Source: the human T2T-CHM13v2.0 reference genome, Homo sapiens. Taken from it: a DNA stretch of 64,000 nucleotides. The DNA is taken from the NCBI RefSeq assembly GCF_009914755.1, contig NC_060927.1; one strand, given 5' to 3'. Shown here in pieces: positions 26,781-41,700 of this stretch; position 1 is the first letter of the stretch, and every line of letters begins with the position of its first letter. The notes below the pieces were generated by a model. The model searched no databases and was not told the DNA's origin. It saw only the letters and a program-made list of their open reading frames with translations. The position numbers and the translations under genes are program-made.

Positions 26781-28152
26781 AGCAAGTAATCAATGAATGT
26801 CAATGACAGATCATCGAGAGAGAATCCAGTGCCAAAAATGAAGAGGGTGTCAACAAAATAAGAACAAGGACAATGGCAGCATGAGCAACAAGAACAAACT
26901 TAGATCCAAAATTAACAGTTAAAGATTTTTCTAGAGTCCTGCATATTTTTCCTTAAACTGTCCAGCAGCTTGGGGACAGAAATCTAATTAAAATGGAAGT
27001 CTATGCATGCTCAAACCACATGCCTTGTACCTGATGCAATCCGCTTCCACCCCAGTCCTGAAAAAAGGCATTCAGTTATTTTTTTCTACATGTGGAAGAA
27101 TACAACAACATACCTTCTAGAATCAGGGAGAAATGTACTTGCTCTTTTTATTTTTTTTTAATTTCTCAAATACTGTTCTATAAGGATAATCACTCACCTG
27201 GTGATTAATGTAGAATGTTAAGGTGTGTACAAATTACTGCTGATAGGTAACACTGTCCTTGCAAAATCATCCCATGTGCCCCCCTCAAATAAATAAGTAT
27301 ACTTCAAAAAGCAGTGTGCTTGCTATACAAGTGCAGTTTTAAGAAAAATCACTCAGCTCTCTCTTGCAAACATGTTCTTTCCCCTAATGCCTCCTACACA
27401 GAGATTCTGGAGCCACCCCCTTCAGAATATCTGAAATATAGACCAATTTTGCTCGTTAAAACTACTTCAAGTAGTCCTAGAGCTGATATTAGGATTGCTA
27501 CTTATTCAGTCATACTTTTCGAGTGTTCATTGTTGAATTCTTAGATTGAATTTTCTATTAGTTTCCTTAAAATATAAGAGGTTGGAGGGCTAAGTTTAAG
27601 ACCCATTCTACTAATTGTGAGGCTTTCCACAATCTGTGTTTCCTTATTTTTTTAAAGGGGATGGCACACTTGCTTAGCCTTCTTCATTATCATTCTCAGA
27701 GGAATCATTTTAAGTTGAAAGTACTTCATAACTTATAATGCATAAATTTAAACCACTGTCATTTCCCCCCACCACAGCCCTTGGCAAATGGGGTCTTAAA
27801 TTCCTTCTCCCACCAACTAGACTTTTAGCATGCATTCTGACACGTATTGTGTATCCTTACTAGATATGAGGTATATAATATTTGGGCTTTACTAACTATC
27901 CAGTGGGGGTGCATTGGATATACTTGGCTTGGCAATTTCAAATTATAATGATCTTCAGTACCAGATGCTCTTAAGCTAGTCCCCTACAAATGTCTGGCAG
28001 CTTCATTTGTAACTTTTATCAGGCTTGAGTATTACCACACACAAGCACATAGAGTAGCTCTCAGAACCTGCAGAGGCAATTGTTTTACTAGATGTGTGAG
28101 GGATATAGTTGGATCAATGGGATAGATACTGTATATGAAATAGTGGCTAAAT

Positions 28153-28154
<2 letters not shown>

Positions 28155-28194
<40 letters not shown>
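28155..28194 (+). repeat. (GT)20 microsatellite
   Basis: Directly visible. Confidence 0.97.
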
Positions 28195-28196
<2 letters not shown>

Positions 28197-28699
28197 TTGG
28201 GGGATGTCAGGTGAAGGTCACATATTTTGGGAATGAATAGATTTCTAGTTTCAGTGAATTTCTATCACTAAGCTCCTACACTAGGTGAAGTTTTGGGGGG
28301 TGGGTAAGTTAGAGAAGACTGAGAAGGAATCAGTTGGTGTGTGTCAGGTGATAGTAGAGTGGGACTGTGGTTTAACTTTGACAATGTAAACAGATCTTCC
28401 CCCTTCCCAAGATAAGAAAGAACAGAGTTGAGTACTATGGCACATTTTACATGGTTTCCTGCTTATCTCTTTCTTTGAGAATAGATATAGCTCAGTAGTA
28501 CTGTCGAGTTAAGAAATAGCTTTTCCACCCTCTGAGTGATGATACCTACAATCATCAGGATGAATACAGTCTCATGACCAAATCTCCTCTGGTATTTGTC
28601 TTATCAACATGCCTTAACTTAATGTCACGATGCTCTAGAAATTACTCTGAGAGAATAATGGTGATGGCAATAATTATGATGAGAATAATGGTAGCAGCC

Positions 28700-28930
28700 A
28701 CCCCTTTCTGAGTATGTACAAAGTGTCAGGGACTGTGCTGGGTGCTTTATGTGCATTAACTCATTTGATTCTCATATCAGCCCAATGGGATAGTTTTTTT
28801 ATTCCCTCATCCTGCAGATGAGGAGCCTAAAGCTGACTTGCCCAAGGTCAGGATCTACCAAGTAACTGGCAGAGCTGGAATTCAAACTTACACATGTCTA
28901 ACTCCGCAGCCCATGCTCTTAAGCACCAGG
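28700..28930 (-). mobile_element. MIR
   Basis: CAGATGAGGA...GACTTGCCCAAGGTCA...GGCAGAGCTGGAATTCAAAC. Confidence 0.75.
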
Positions 28931-30575
28931 GAATATTGACTTTTACAGGAGGAGGACTAAGCAAGGGCTTTGTCATTCAGAAGCTGGATGACGCTGGACT
29001 CCTTCCTGGTTCCTCATCTGTGTTGATTATAAAACAGGCACAGTGATGTGTTCCTCACATGATCATGATGAGGATTGAATTGAAATACTAAATATATATA
29101 CTGTGCACTTATAAATGTAAGAAGAGAGAGGAAAATGACTGCTGGAGAGTGGCGTGATGAAGGCTCCAGCATTAGTGACCTGGAGCGAGAACACCCAGCC
29201 AGTGAGCTGAGTGTTCACACACAGAGAGTTTACACACTCTCTGAGCACCAACACAGTATGGCATGTGGTCATGCAACAACTAAAAATAACATTTTTTTTT
29301 AGTATCAACTATGTGCCAGCACTATTTTAGCCACTGAAGCTTAGAAGATTGTAAAAAAACAGATAAAGTTCTGTTCTCAGATTGTTTATAGCCCAAGCGA
29401 AGTTCAGTTAGTAATAAAATAAAAACATACAGCAGATGATCATAAGAACTAAGAGGGGAAAGACAGAGAAGTGGACCAAGAGTGACAACATTTGAAGAAG
29501 GGTGTGTGGTAGAGTGGGTGAGAAAAGTCTCTGACTCATTTATTCATTGAACAAAATGTCTCAAGTACCTGCTGACTCAGACTGTAACTTATGAAGGGGG
29601 TTTAATTAAGAAAAAATAGATGAACAATCATTATTTGTTATAGTAGGAAGACTGTAGTAATTTAAGAAAATACTTATCTTATTGCATCTCACATTTTTGA
29701 GTATCCAACAAAAGACACTTCGCAGTGTCTTACCTGGAAGGAAGATTGTTTTATGCTAAGTTCCCTGGGCTCTGGGGCCCTCTTCCTGCTGGTGAGCTCT
29801 GACCATCTTCAGGAGCTTGGCATGTGCTTTGCTCTTGGGGCCTCTCAGCTGGGAAAGATTTGCCTCTGGTGGTAGTACAGGGGTTTGTCTGCTGGTAAAC
29901 TGCTTTTCTGTCTTTTTCTTGATGCATTGGCTTCCTGCAGCTCTTCTTCTGTCTTCAGTTGCTAGCAGAAGAGGCCTCACAGTCCCTCTCATGGACTGGT
30001 CTGTGATAGCCTTTTTAGCTGAGTGATGGGGAGTTCCACCCTTTTGTTCCTAGCTCACAGTGGCTGCTAAAGGCATAGCAACCTCTCTGAGAGCAGAGTC
30101 TAGTGTCCCCCTCACTTTGCCAGCCCTTCTGTCCTTTGAGCATGTCATTTCTTGAGGGAATCAACATGTGCTTCTGTAATGGGCAGTGTTCATCAGAGGG
30201 TTTGCTCCCATTGCTCAAGAGTAGAGATGCTTCCTCCCAGGGCTGACTTCCCATAGGTATTTTCCTGAGTCTCAGTGATTTTGACCCTTGATTCAGTTAG
30301 GTAACTTATACCTATGTCTGCTATATCCAAAAGTTTTCTAGAGGAGTTTAGTCAAGTGATTCTGTCTGGCTTGTGCCTTGGTACATGACCAGCATGATTA
30401 ACGTGCCTCATCGCAACACTGGGCTCTTCCAACCCCTGTTTAGGGAAGGAGACTTCCTTCCTTGAATAACTAAGGGACTAGTTATTCCCAGCCTACTCCC
30501 CTTAAGCTTTGGAGAGCAATACACAGATTAAATATAAATAGTAGGGAGCAGAGATTCTCCAGCAATCTCCCATGA

Positions 30576-31230
<655 letters not shown>

Positions 31231-32127
31231 GTACACACACACACACACACACACAGAAAAATAATTTTATTGATATGACTCTAACGAGTCAATAGATAAA
31301 TATAAATCAGTTGTCTTTATCTTAGATGTATTATTATTTTCAAGTGCTTGTTTATTATTATGATCAATGGCGTTTCTATAGCTTTGCTATTTCTTTTCTT
31401 GTTAAACCTCTGCTTACTAATTTCTATAATTGGGGAATCATATACCTGTTGTAGTTAGATGCTCTTGAATTCCACCACTGAGAAGTGAAGGATTTTAACA
31501 AAAATTGACAAAATCGAATCCAGATTTCTTCACCTGTCATCATCTTTCTGAAATAGCACTAATGGAGATGCTCAGATTTTGGATTCATCCAATAAATATT
31601 AATTGAGCATCTACTTTGTGCCAGGCACCATTCTAGAAACTGGCATTCAGCTCTAAGTAAAATAGACAAGGTACTTCTCAAAGGCTGACTTTTTTTCTGT
31701 TTGAAGGCATCAGTTGCAATACATTATTTACCTCTTCTATGTCTTTGTGGGACATAATAGGGTTATAGATATACAAAATAAAAGAAAACAACTTTTCAGA
31801 CTGGAAACTGAGTTCTACTCTGATAATGCTTTATACTATGTTGAAGATACCACCTCATATTATTTTGGAAGCAGGTGGGCTGTACATGTTGAATAAATAA
31901 TACATTAAAGTGGACTGAAGACCCATCTTTTGATCACCAGCTCTTATCTGAAAAGTTAACATTACTACTGCAGTTTCCAATATGAGATATTTTGTTTTCT
32001 TATACAGTTTCATTGCTTCTCTGCGCACTCTGCTCCCCATTCCCCTCATACCCTAGGTATGAGGTCTTCAAACCAGACTGCATGTTGGGGGATCCGGTGT
32101 ATGCCCACTGTGCTTATTCATCTTTTT

Positions 32128-32571
32128 ATTTTTATTTTTTTTTTTTAATTTTTTTTTTAATTTTTTTTTTTATTATACTCTAAGTTTTAGGGTACATGTG
32201 CACATTGTGCAGGTTAGTTACATATGTATACATGTGCCATGCTGGTGCGCTGCACCCACTAACGTGTCATCTAGCATTAGGTATATCTCCCAATGCTATC
32301 CCTCCCCCCTCCCCCGACCCCACCACAGTCCCCAGAGTGTGATATTCCCCTTCCTGTGTCCATGTGATCTCATTGTTCAATTCCCACCTATGAGTGAGAA
32401 TATGCGGTGTTTGGTTTTTTGTTCTTGCAATAGTTTACTGAGAATGATGGTTTCCAATTTCATCCATGTCCCTACAAAGGACATGAACTCATCATTTTTT
32501 ATGGCTGCATAGTATTCCATGGTGTATATGTGCCACATTTTCTTAATCCAGTCTATCATTGTTGGACATTT
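32128..32571 (-). mobile_element. 5'-truncated L1HS (pre-Ta, ACG/G) LINE-1 3' end
   Basis: ORF2 C-terminus (...WIKKMWHIYTMEYYAAIKNDEFMSFVGTWMKLETIILSKL...KHRIFSLIGGN), 3' UTR, poly(A); TSD TTCATCTTTTT at 32117-32127 and 32570-32580; diagnostic ACG and G. Confidence 0.93.
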
Positions 32572-34844
32572 CATCTTTTTAAAGGACACTTTCTTCCTTA
32601 CACCTGCACCGAAACCGGCAGTGACATTCCATCTATAGAACTGGAGGAGGCTGGCCCACTGTCTTCTCTCTCCTCCCTAAGGGGTATTTTACTGTATTTT
32701 TGATCTTTGTCTAGGTTTAAAGAAAGTACAGAAGCTCCACTGTGAACTACTTTAATACTTGCACATTTTCCCTAAAGTCAATTGCCATGGTATCAATGAT
32801 GCTTAAAAATAGAGTGAAATTTTGTTATGTGACTTTCACCTCAATAAATTATTAATAAAAAATAAAGTGGGCCATAAGTAGGTACTTCCCAGATTTTATT
32901 TATATTTATCAACACTTTATTCTGGTTCCTTTACAGGCTGTAGAAGATTCTGATAGGCATGAAAACTACAACATATTTAAAAAAACATTGCTTAGGATAT
33001 CTCCGGCCTTTCAAGTTTGTTCTCAAAAATAACTTTGCTTGATCAAATGAACTATATTTTGGTTTACTAAAGATGTTCTCAGAAAGAAGAATATGTGTAC
33101 ATCAATGATTTGTAATGCATTTAAAATTCAATACTATTTTTTAAAAATTTAAGTATTATAATGGTACTATTTATAGCTAGCAGAAGTAGATATAGGGCCA
33201 AGTTTTAATTTGCTTGGAAGGTTGAGGCATTCCTATGATAACTGGGAAAAGTGAAATGCATTGAGGTATCCCAGATGAATGGATGATGTTATTTTTAGTT
33301 CTGAAAGTTAGCCATTCATGGATTTTTGCCTAGAGCTCTTTTGTAACATATTGAATGCAAATGTTTGGACATTTTAGAATAAATCTTAAGTTGTCCATTC
33401 CTCCTTTCCCCAAAGGAAAAGAAGACCAGAGCAACAATGTTGGATACTTAAGTAATTACTTCTTATTTCTGGCTTTCTTATCTGTAATTCTTAAATATCA
33501 ATTAAAATCATTGTTCATTCATCTAATGGATTTAGAAGTTTCATTAGTGTCAACAAGTTAGTGTAATGGTACTCTTCATTTTTTCCAACCAATATTCATC
33601 TGAGATTTTAATGTTTGTTTAAAAAGTAGGGATGTCCTACACCTTGGTTTCCTTTAAGACTTCATAAATTGCAGAGCTCTCAAACAAATCAGTCAGTAAA
33701 AAATATTAAGCCATAACAATAAAGATTCCTGAAAAACTTATGGTAACTCGTAATGACACCCTTCCTACCTATAATGTACTGCACTGGAATGTCCTCTTTA
33801 CTTAATTCGCAGATATCAACAATTCTGTGTAAAAATGAAATAACTTTGAAATTCCCTCAGAAACATTAGAGTTCATTACAAAGCTTATTTGTGGCAAGAC
33901 TTAGTTTAAAAACTAAATCTATCTTTAGTGACATTTATGAGCTGACTTTTTAGCCATTAGATAGCAGGATTCCTTTTCTGGACATTTCATCTTAACTCAC
34001 AGTTTTAGAGTGTTGTCCTTACTTGAAAAGAAGAGTGTAAGATCAGGTGTCTACTGCAAATTCCTGGGAAGTTATTTATTGTTAAAGCACTATGATGTGG
34101 TTTAAGTGTATTTTCAAAAGGATTCTATGTGGGTAGACACAGTATCCTTCCGTTCAGTAGCATTTGTATAGTGCTTAACATAGGCACTGAGTATTTTTAA
34201 GTGAATAAATCAACGAGAATGCTGATGTGAAGCCTTATGGATTATCTACTACAAGTAAGTCCAAGCTATTCCAGGTCAGCCATGCAATAAAATTGGACTT
34301 GGAAGTAGGTGGGAGGGGAGAAGAGTTGAGGTCAAATACAAGCTGGGCCACTGCCTCCCTCACTCGCTGTATGAATTTAGGCAAGTCACTTAACTTTTCA
34401 GGGCCAGGGCTGTCCCTTTTGGAAAGTGAAAGTATTTTGCTGAATGTGCTGAGTAGTCTGGTTTCTCTGGGCTTGAATGTCCTTCATCTTAAGTAAGCGC
34501 TTCTATTTCTAGTGGGGAAAGGGTCAAAGCGTTCTCAGAACCTGGGGTTACTCCACATAGCCAGTTTTGGGAAATGTTCTTTTTCTCCTTGTCTTAACAA
34601 AATACACAACAAAATACACTCCCAGTCCACTTACTTTTATACTGTACTGTGAAAAGAATTTTACCAAGAAATAACCTGCAGTTTAAGGAATATTAATAGA
34701 ATCATTAGAAATACAAAAGAAAGACACACAAACAAAATCCAGTGGTGTCTAGCTTCAAACCCAGTATTAACTTAAAATATTTTTATTTATGGATGTCTCT
34801 ATTCAATCACTGAAGTCTGACCTCTTCTTAGCCTGGTTTATTTC

Positions 34845-34950
34845 CTTCCCTTTCCTCCCCTCTCCTCTTTCATTTCTTCATCTCCTTCCCACATCCCTCT
34901 CCTCTCCTCTCCTCTCCTCTCCTCTCCTCTCCTTTCCTTTCCTTTCATTT
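34845..34950. repeat. (CTCTC)n/(CCTTT)n pyrimidine tract
   Basis: Directly visible. Confidence 0.9.
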
Positions 34951-37216
34951 CCCTGCGTCTGTTTCTTTACTGCTATCTGGAAAAACTTCTATTAATTGTC
35001 TTTTTTTTCCCAACTAATCTCTAAAATTTAGTTTTCCTAAATCTCTAATGATGAAGTCCAGCAGTTTCTCCAGGATGAGCTACATGCGTGTGGAGTACTT
35101 TGAGCATCTTTTTGGGTATAGTCACTTATTTGGGTACCTGGCTCTTATAAGACTGTCTTCACCTCTCTCTCCTAACTCTTGTTTTTCATGGTTCTCCCCG
35201 TTTCTGCTCACTCCTGCTTCCCTTGAATTTCTTATACTTCTGGGTTGTTTAAGTGAGGTTTGTCTCACAATCTTGGCACCCTAGTCTAGTCTTAGCCTTT
35301 CTAAAAAGTCATTCTAACATAGATGCTGTGTTCAGAAGCTTAAATTCTGATTTTTTAGAAAATTGAAGTTGCAGATGCTTTAAGAAATTGAGAGAGAGAG
35401 AAAGAGAAAGAGGAGGGAGAGAAAATTGAGAGCCCTTTCTTTATCCTTGTAGTTTCTTTGTTTATATCATGTAGACTCTCAGCTTCCTTCTCTTTGTGAT
35501 TTCCAGCTTTTCAGGAGTTTCATCCCCCTACTCCTTATGTTCATAAAGAAAAGACAGAGCTCTAAAATGTTAGCTTTCTTGAGTCACTAGAGAGTCTTTT
35601 GTGGACACCTGCTCCTTCTGAAACAATTGACTTGTCTACTTTCACAAACAGCAGTATTTGTATTAAAGAACCAGTTGGCATCAATGCCCAAGTGCAGGTG
35701 TCCTAATATATAAGATGGTGCTTCATTCAGAAAACTCAAGGTAGAGTAAAATAAATTATCAACATCTTGGCTCCATGCTCCATTCACAACTGTTAATTTT
35801 ACAGGGTTATGCTTCCATCTCTGAGCAGAGAACTCCTGGCAGGGACAGCTGCTCCTGTGTCTCACATTGGGCTGTGCTCATCCCAGTAGGAGTCATCAAG
35901 AGCAGCAGGTTAGCGAGAAGGTGATAGTACATCAGAGAACTGAGCAGTGGAGGAGGGAGAAGGATGGGCCTCTCCAAAGTGCTTTTCATTTACTCCTTTA
36001 ATCTTTGTGTGTATATACATGCATGGTTAACTAAGGAAAAAGGAAAAGTTGACTTGAATTTGACTGAGAAAATTATCAGACCTGCTTTTACTTGTACATG
36101 TAGCTCATTTTCAAAAATACTTTTGTGTATCCACTGGTATGTTGATGGTCCTATGCAGCAATAGGTCTGTACGCTTGTCCAAAGAATGTCTAACAGCCCC
36201 ACATCATGATTAGCAGGAGCTGGGTCACTGGGGCAGAGCTGGTTTGACAGGTGGAAAACTTGTCCTGAGTAGTTCTGTATTAGCTTACCTCCTAAACTGG
36301 AGCAAAGGTCAAGGCCAATCCAAGATTGAGAAGAGGCGCCGAACATGTTACATGGTAAACACTCTTTTATTAGTGGTCTTTTGAGGGAAAGTTGCTGTGT
36401 TGTTCTTTGCTGTTATTTCTGCTAGAACAGTGTTCACAAAAGTGAACAAAAGTTCAATGCTCAAGTTAAAGAAATCTAAGAATGGAGACTATCAGTAGCC
36501 ATGTTGGGGCACCATGGTAAACAATGGAACTGGATAAAATTTTATGTAGTTGCCTACACAATTCTTTCTATGACCATACCTGCTGTTCCTATCCTCTGAA
36601 TTAATTTTCATGTGGAAAATAGTCATTTGCAGCATATATTAGGCTACAAATGTTGCCATCAAAAGGTAACATTCTATATGCTAGTCTCTTGTCTTTAGTA
36701 CTAAGATGGCTCTATTGATGATAATACGAACACATTTTAGGTTCCCAATTGCTTTGGGAATAAAGAATTGTGACTTAGTTAATATAAGTTGCTTTTTCAA
36801 AAGGAGAAACAGTGTTTCCCATCATTTTTTAAAATTCAGGAATAGTGGTCTTTTTTAATTCAGATTTTGAAGGTTTGGTAAGTTTATTGCTAATGTTGGA
36901 CCACACGCAAGAGAAAGTTAGACATTATTTTGTGACCAGCATTGTTAAGTTGTCACATTCTGAACAAATCCCTTAAAGACCTGGAACTCATTTACATTTT
37001 GCATAAAATCCTGATGGGATTTATGGTTTAAACTTTGACTATACTCTTTGTCTTGAATTTATTAATTTCCTTATCAGGCTTAAAACTTGGGGGAAAGTAG
37101 ACTTTTGCAAAATATTTTTTTAAACCATTAAGTTTTATACAAAGTCCTTCTCAAAAACCCTGTAAACCCTCTATCTTTCAGAGCTCTTTAATAAAAACCT
37201 GGGGTGAATGTGATTT

Positions 37217-37532
37217 ATTTTTTGCTTTTGTTTCTGGTTTGCTTGCTTTTTTGAGACAGGGTCTCAATCTGTTACCAAGGCTGAAGTGCAGTGACACAAC
37301 AACAGCTCACTGCAGCCTCGACCTCGCAGGCTCAAGTAAGCCTCCTTCCTCAGCCTCCTGAGTAGCCAGGACCACTGGTGCATGCCACTACACCCATCTA
37401 ATTTTAAAATTTTCTGTAGAGATGGGGTCTCACTATGTTGCCAGGGATGGTCTTGAACTCCTATGCTCAAGTGCCTCCTGCCTTCACTTCTCAAGGTGCT
37501 TGAATTACAAGTGTGAACCACTGCACCCAGCT
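37217..37532 (-). mobile_element. Alu (J-like)
   Basis: Dimer; AATGTGATTT on both flanks. Confidence 0.9.
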
Positions 37533-37642
37533 TGTAAATGTGATTTGAGTTGTCAAAGTACTTCTAAAAAAAAGGCTGGTTTAAGTTTGACATGGAGCAA
37601 CATTGAGCCGGGGAAAGAAAATACGTAGAAAATAATGCCAGT

Positions 37643-38092
<450 letters not shown>

Positions 38093-38176
38093 TTAATAAA
38101 TACTTGTTGAATGCTGAGATTTAAAGGAGAAGAATGTCATTGAAGCCCTCTCTTTTCCCTTCTTTTCTCGACAAAG

Positions 38177-38774
38177 GTTGAAAAAAATGATGACGACCAA
38201 AAGATTGAACAAGATGGTATCAAACCAGAAGATAAAGCTCATAAGGCCGCAACCAAAATTCAGGCTAGCTTCCGTGGACACATAACAAGGAAAAAGCTCA
38301 AAGGAGAGAAGAAGGATGATGTCCAAGCTGCTGAGGCTGAAGCTAATAAGAAGGATGAAGCCCCTGTTGCCGATGGGGTGGAGAAGAAGGGAGAAGGCAC
38401 CACTACTGCCGAAGCAGCCCCAGCCACTGGCTCCAAGCCTGATGAGCCCGGCAAAGCAGGAGAAACTCCTTCCGAGGAGAAGAAGGGGGAGGGTGATGCT
38501 GCCACAGAGCAGGCAGCCCCCCAGGCTCCTGCATCCTCAGAGGAGAAGGCCGGCTCAGCTGAGACAGAAAGTGCCACTAAAGCTTCCACTGATAACTCGC
38601 CGTCCTCCAAGGCTGAAGATGCCCCAGCCAAGGAGGAGCCTAAACAAGCCGATGTGCCTGCTGCTGTCACTGCTGCTGCTGCCACCACCCCTGCCGCAGA
38701 GGATGCTGCTGCCAAGGCAACAGCCCAGCCTCCAACGGAGACTGGGGAGAGCAGCCAAGCTGAAGAGAACATAG
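38177..38774 (+). CDS. GAP43: GAP43 main internal coding exon (598 bp; residues 11 to about 210 of the 238-aa isoform)
   Basis: Translates [48 protein letters not shown]...SSQAEENI, matching human GAP-43 as I recall it. Polypyrimidine tract + AG at 38175-38176; donor G|GTGAGC at 38775. Confidence 0.99.
38237..38302 (+). other. GAP43: IQ calmodulin-binding motif with PKC site Ser41 (AGC at 38267-38269)
   Basis: [22 protein letters not shown] fits IQxxxRGxxxR; established GAP-43 effector domain. Confidence 0.97.
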
Positions 38775-41700
38775 GTGAGCAACCGCGAGGGTCAGATGCA
38801 ATGGGTGGATGGGGAAGGGAGTTGCTATTCGGAAGACCAGGCCACCTGGGTCATTGAGGGAGAGGAAAAAGTCTAGAAGATGTTTTCCAGAAATCAAGGG
38901 AAGCTGTGCTTAATTTCCCAAAGTGGCAGGACTAAGAGCTAAGGTTACATTCCCAAATATCTCCAGAGAGGACTACCAGAGAGGACTCAGGCAGGTCTAT
39001 GTAGCAGCCAGTACTAGAAAGATCTGGCAATTACCTTAATTGGATTGATATATGCAGTCAAACTAGATAAATCTGCTTTAAAAAAGTATTCTGTGTGCTG
39101 ATAGACTTAGTTTAATAAGTAATTACTGAGGCTACATATATTTTATGGATGGGAATTAGCTAATGTGATTATTTGGCTCTAGAAAATGCCTGGTATAAAT
39201 ACAGCCATCCTCTTCTTGATCCAGATTATATAGTGTGTGAATTGTTGGCAGCAAAAGTATAATCTCAGACCACCCTTCCCTATCTCACATTATGTTTCTG
39301 GGCATTCTCTCCACCATCGGTTGGTGAGTAGTGTGTGTATATGTGGGTATGCTCAGAGAATGTTAATTGTAACATTAATTGGGGTCAAACATAATTAGGA
39401 AAATAAGTCTGTCGATGTTGCCAAAAACAAAAGAAAAACCCCAAATACAGAATATGTTGTGAAGTCAAACATAAATAATCATTTTATTATTGAAGACACG
39501 ACTTTCTACAATATGCATAAATAATTGAGGGTTCCTATGATTACAAAAAGGTACTGGATTCTCTTCAGTTTGGAGCTGTAACTTGCAAGTTGGAGGGTTT
39601 TCACTATTACTGCTCAATTGTGCAGAATTGGAATAGAATATTCCCAGAGCAAGATAAATTCAACAGAGTTTCGTCCCTGGAGACTAGATCCTTCCCTCAC
39701 CCCAACACATCCACAGTGGTAAAGGAGGCCAACAGTTTCCATGATCTTTCTCTAGTCTAATATGACCGATAAATACTTTCCAGCCCCAAAGATCCTCAAA
39801 GATAAAGTTTCTTCTGTGTCCATTTAAAAGATTGGGTTTACTCCTTTAGAAGCGCCTCGGTTTAACCAATGATGTTTGTCATCCAAGGGTCCAAATACGG
39901 ACTGAACCACCGTGTGCTCCTTGGGAGAAAACCTACTCCATGAGAGTGGTCTGAGGAATGTTTTGGCATCTGACCATCAGATTGAGAAAGTAATGACTGG
40001 ACTTTTACCTTGATATACATTTCCCCAAAATCAGATACTACAATATGGTAGGTGACTATTCTAGATATTTTAGGTCTACTTCTTTCATCGTATCCCTAAA
40101 ATTCTATGAATATGATGCCAGATTATATTAATTAACATTGTTATTGGCATATTCCAGCTCTGGATAAATCGTATGCTTCTTTTCATTTTGAATCTTTATT
40201 CTAACACACAACTGTCCCAGGGGCCAGACATTGAGGTTTAGAAGATGGGAATTTTTCCCTGGAAAAGGTAAGGCATGTGATAAAAAGTGGGGTGTGGGTT
40301 TTAATTTACTCAGCAAAGCAAAACTTAACTACTTTTCTTTAGATTTAAGGTTTGAGCCTCAGGTATGATGTCTGGAAATCACTTTGCATATCCACAAGTT
40401 ACTTAATGTGTCATTTTCATACATCTTAGAAATTAATCATGCTTTTAAATACAGAACATATCTGACATGGCACAGACCATATTTTTTAACTGGGATTTCT
40501 AAAGTTGTGGGAAACAGAGAAATGATGTGATTTTAGGTATATGCTTATGATTTGGGTTGATAGAAGGATTTTTTGAATCAGTAGGAAGTCTAATATATAA
40601 TATATTTTAAAAGAAATTAAGTTTTATTATGTTTCAGGTTATGATAACTAACTGCAAATGAATTAATGAAATATTTTATGTAGTAAGTTGTCAACAAATG
40701 TCAAATATTGAATATAAATTGATGAAATTTAAATTATAGATAATAATTTGTTCACTCATTTATATATTTCTCTTGCATATTTGCTTATTCTATTCATTTA
40801 TTTGATTAAAAATGTGTCTGGTCAGTGAAAGCAAACAGCACTCTTCTCTGCCTTAAATGTTACAGATTCTGACAGAAAAATATCTTAATTAATCAGACTT
40901 TATCATGGGCATTCAAAGGTGATTGAAACAATAGGTGAAGTTCAACTTGAAGGTAATCACAAAGGGCAATTTACAGTGTTTCTTAGAGTTGGGTAGGTAC
41001 TGTCCTCTTGGTTAGATTCAGAAATGCTGCCTGTCGTTTCTTTCTGGGTTGAGGTATCTAGTAGCCTTGCCTGCTCTTATGTGACAAGCACAAATTACTC
41101 CACTGTGATGAATCTCATGGGATCACAGAAGGTAGAGGTGACAAGGAGATCTATCACATCATATCAGGTCCAAATTCCCAGGTGCCCTGTACTGCATTTC
41201 CTCTGCCTTCCACTGTATTTCATTTTAACCTGGGTTAAAGTAGCAGCATCTTCCACTGGGCTGTACTGTTCGGAAATGGGTGGCTACCATGGGTTGCTTT
41301 AGGATTCTACAGCTGCCTGGAGGGGCGTGGACAGACAATCTAAGAGGGTGCAACAGGGTTAAGGGGAAAAATAGGTACAAAGAGAAAATCTAAGAAAATA
41401 ATTTCTGTGAATATCAGGCTTAAAAATTTTAGATATGATTATTACTTTAATACCTATGGAAATGTTGGGGGAACTATAAATGTTATTTATTTTACTTCTT
41501 TTACTATTTACTACCAACCTGTTTGTTATGGGGGGATGTCATTTGTATTTTGATCTTTGAAGTTGGTTGGTTATTGTCATTGTTTTAAATTCTCCAAGTA
41601 TGTCCACCTCTCCCTAGTTTGCCACGCTGCCTGCCCAGCTTTTTACGTGCCTGGGACCAAAACATTTCAGCGCACCTCTGACAATGATTCCTTTAGAGGA

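Noticed and set aside
32377-32589. L1 ORF2-like ORF as an active gene
   Set aside because: Only the C-terminal ~65 residues of a heavily 5'-truncated copy
38260-38772. 170-aa antisense ORF
   Set aside because: Shadow of the Ala/Glu/Lys-rich GAP43 codons; no independent gene signals
38378-38857. 159-aa ORF as a standalone gene
   Set aside because: It is the GAP-43 frame called from an internal GTG and running past the donor at 38775 into intron
38963-38987. Direct repeat CCAGAGAGGACT twice
   Set aside because: Two copies only; ordinary micro-duplication
39858-39955. Possible C/D-box snoRNA (ATGATG...CTGA)
   Set aside because: C box imperfect (ATGATGT), first CTGA too close, no convincing terminal stem
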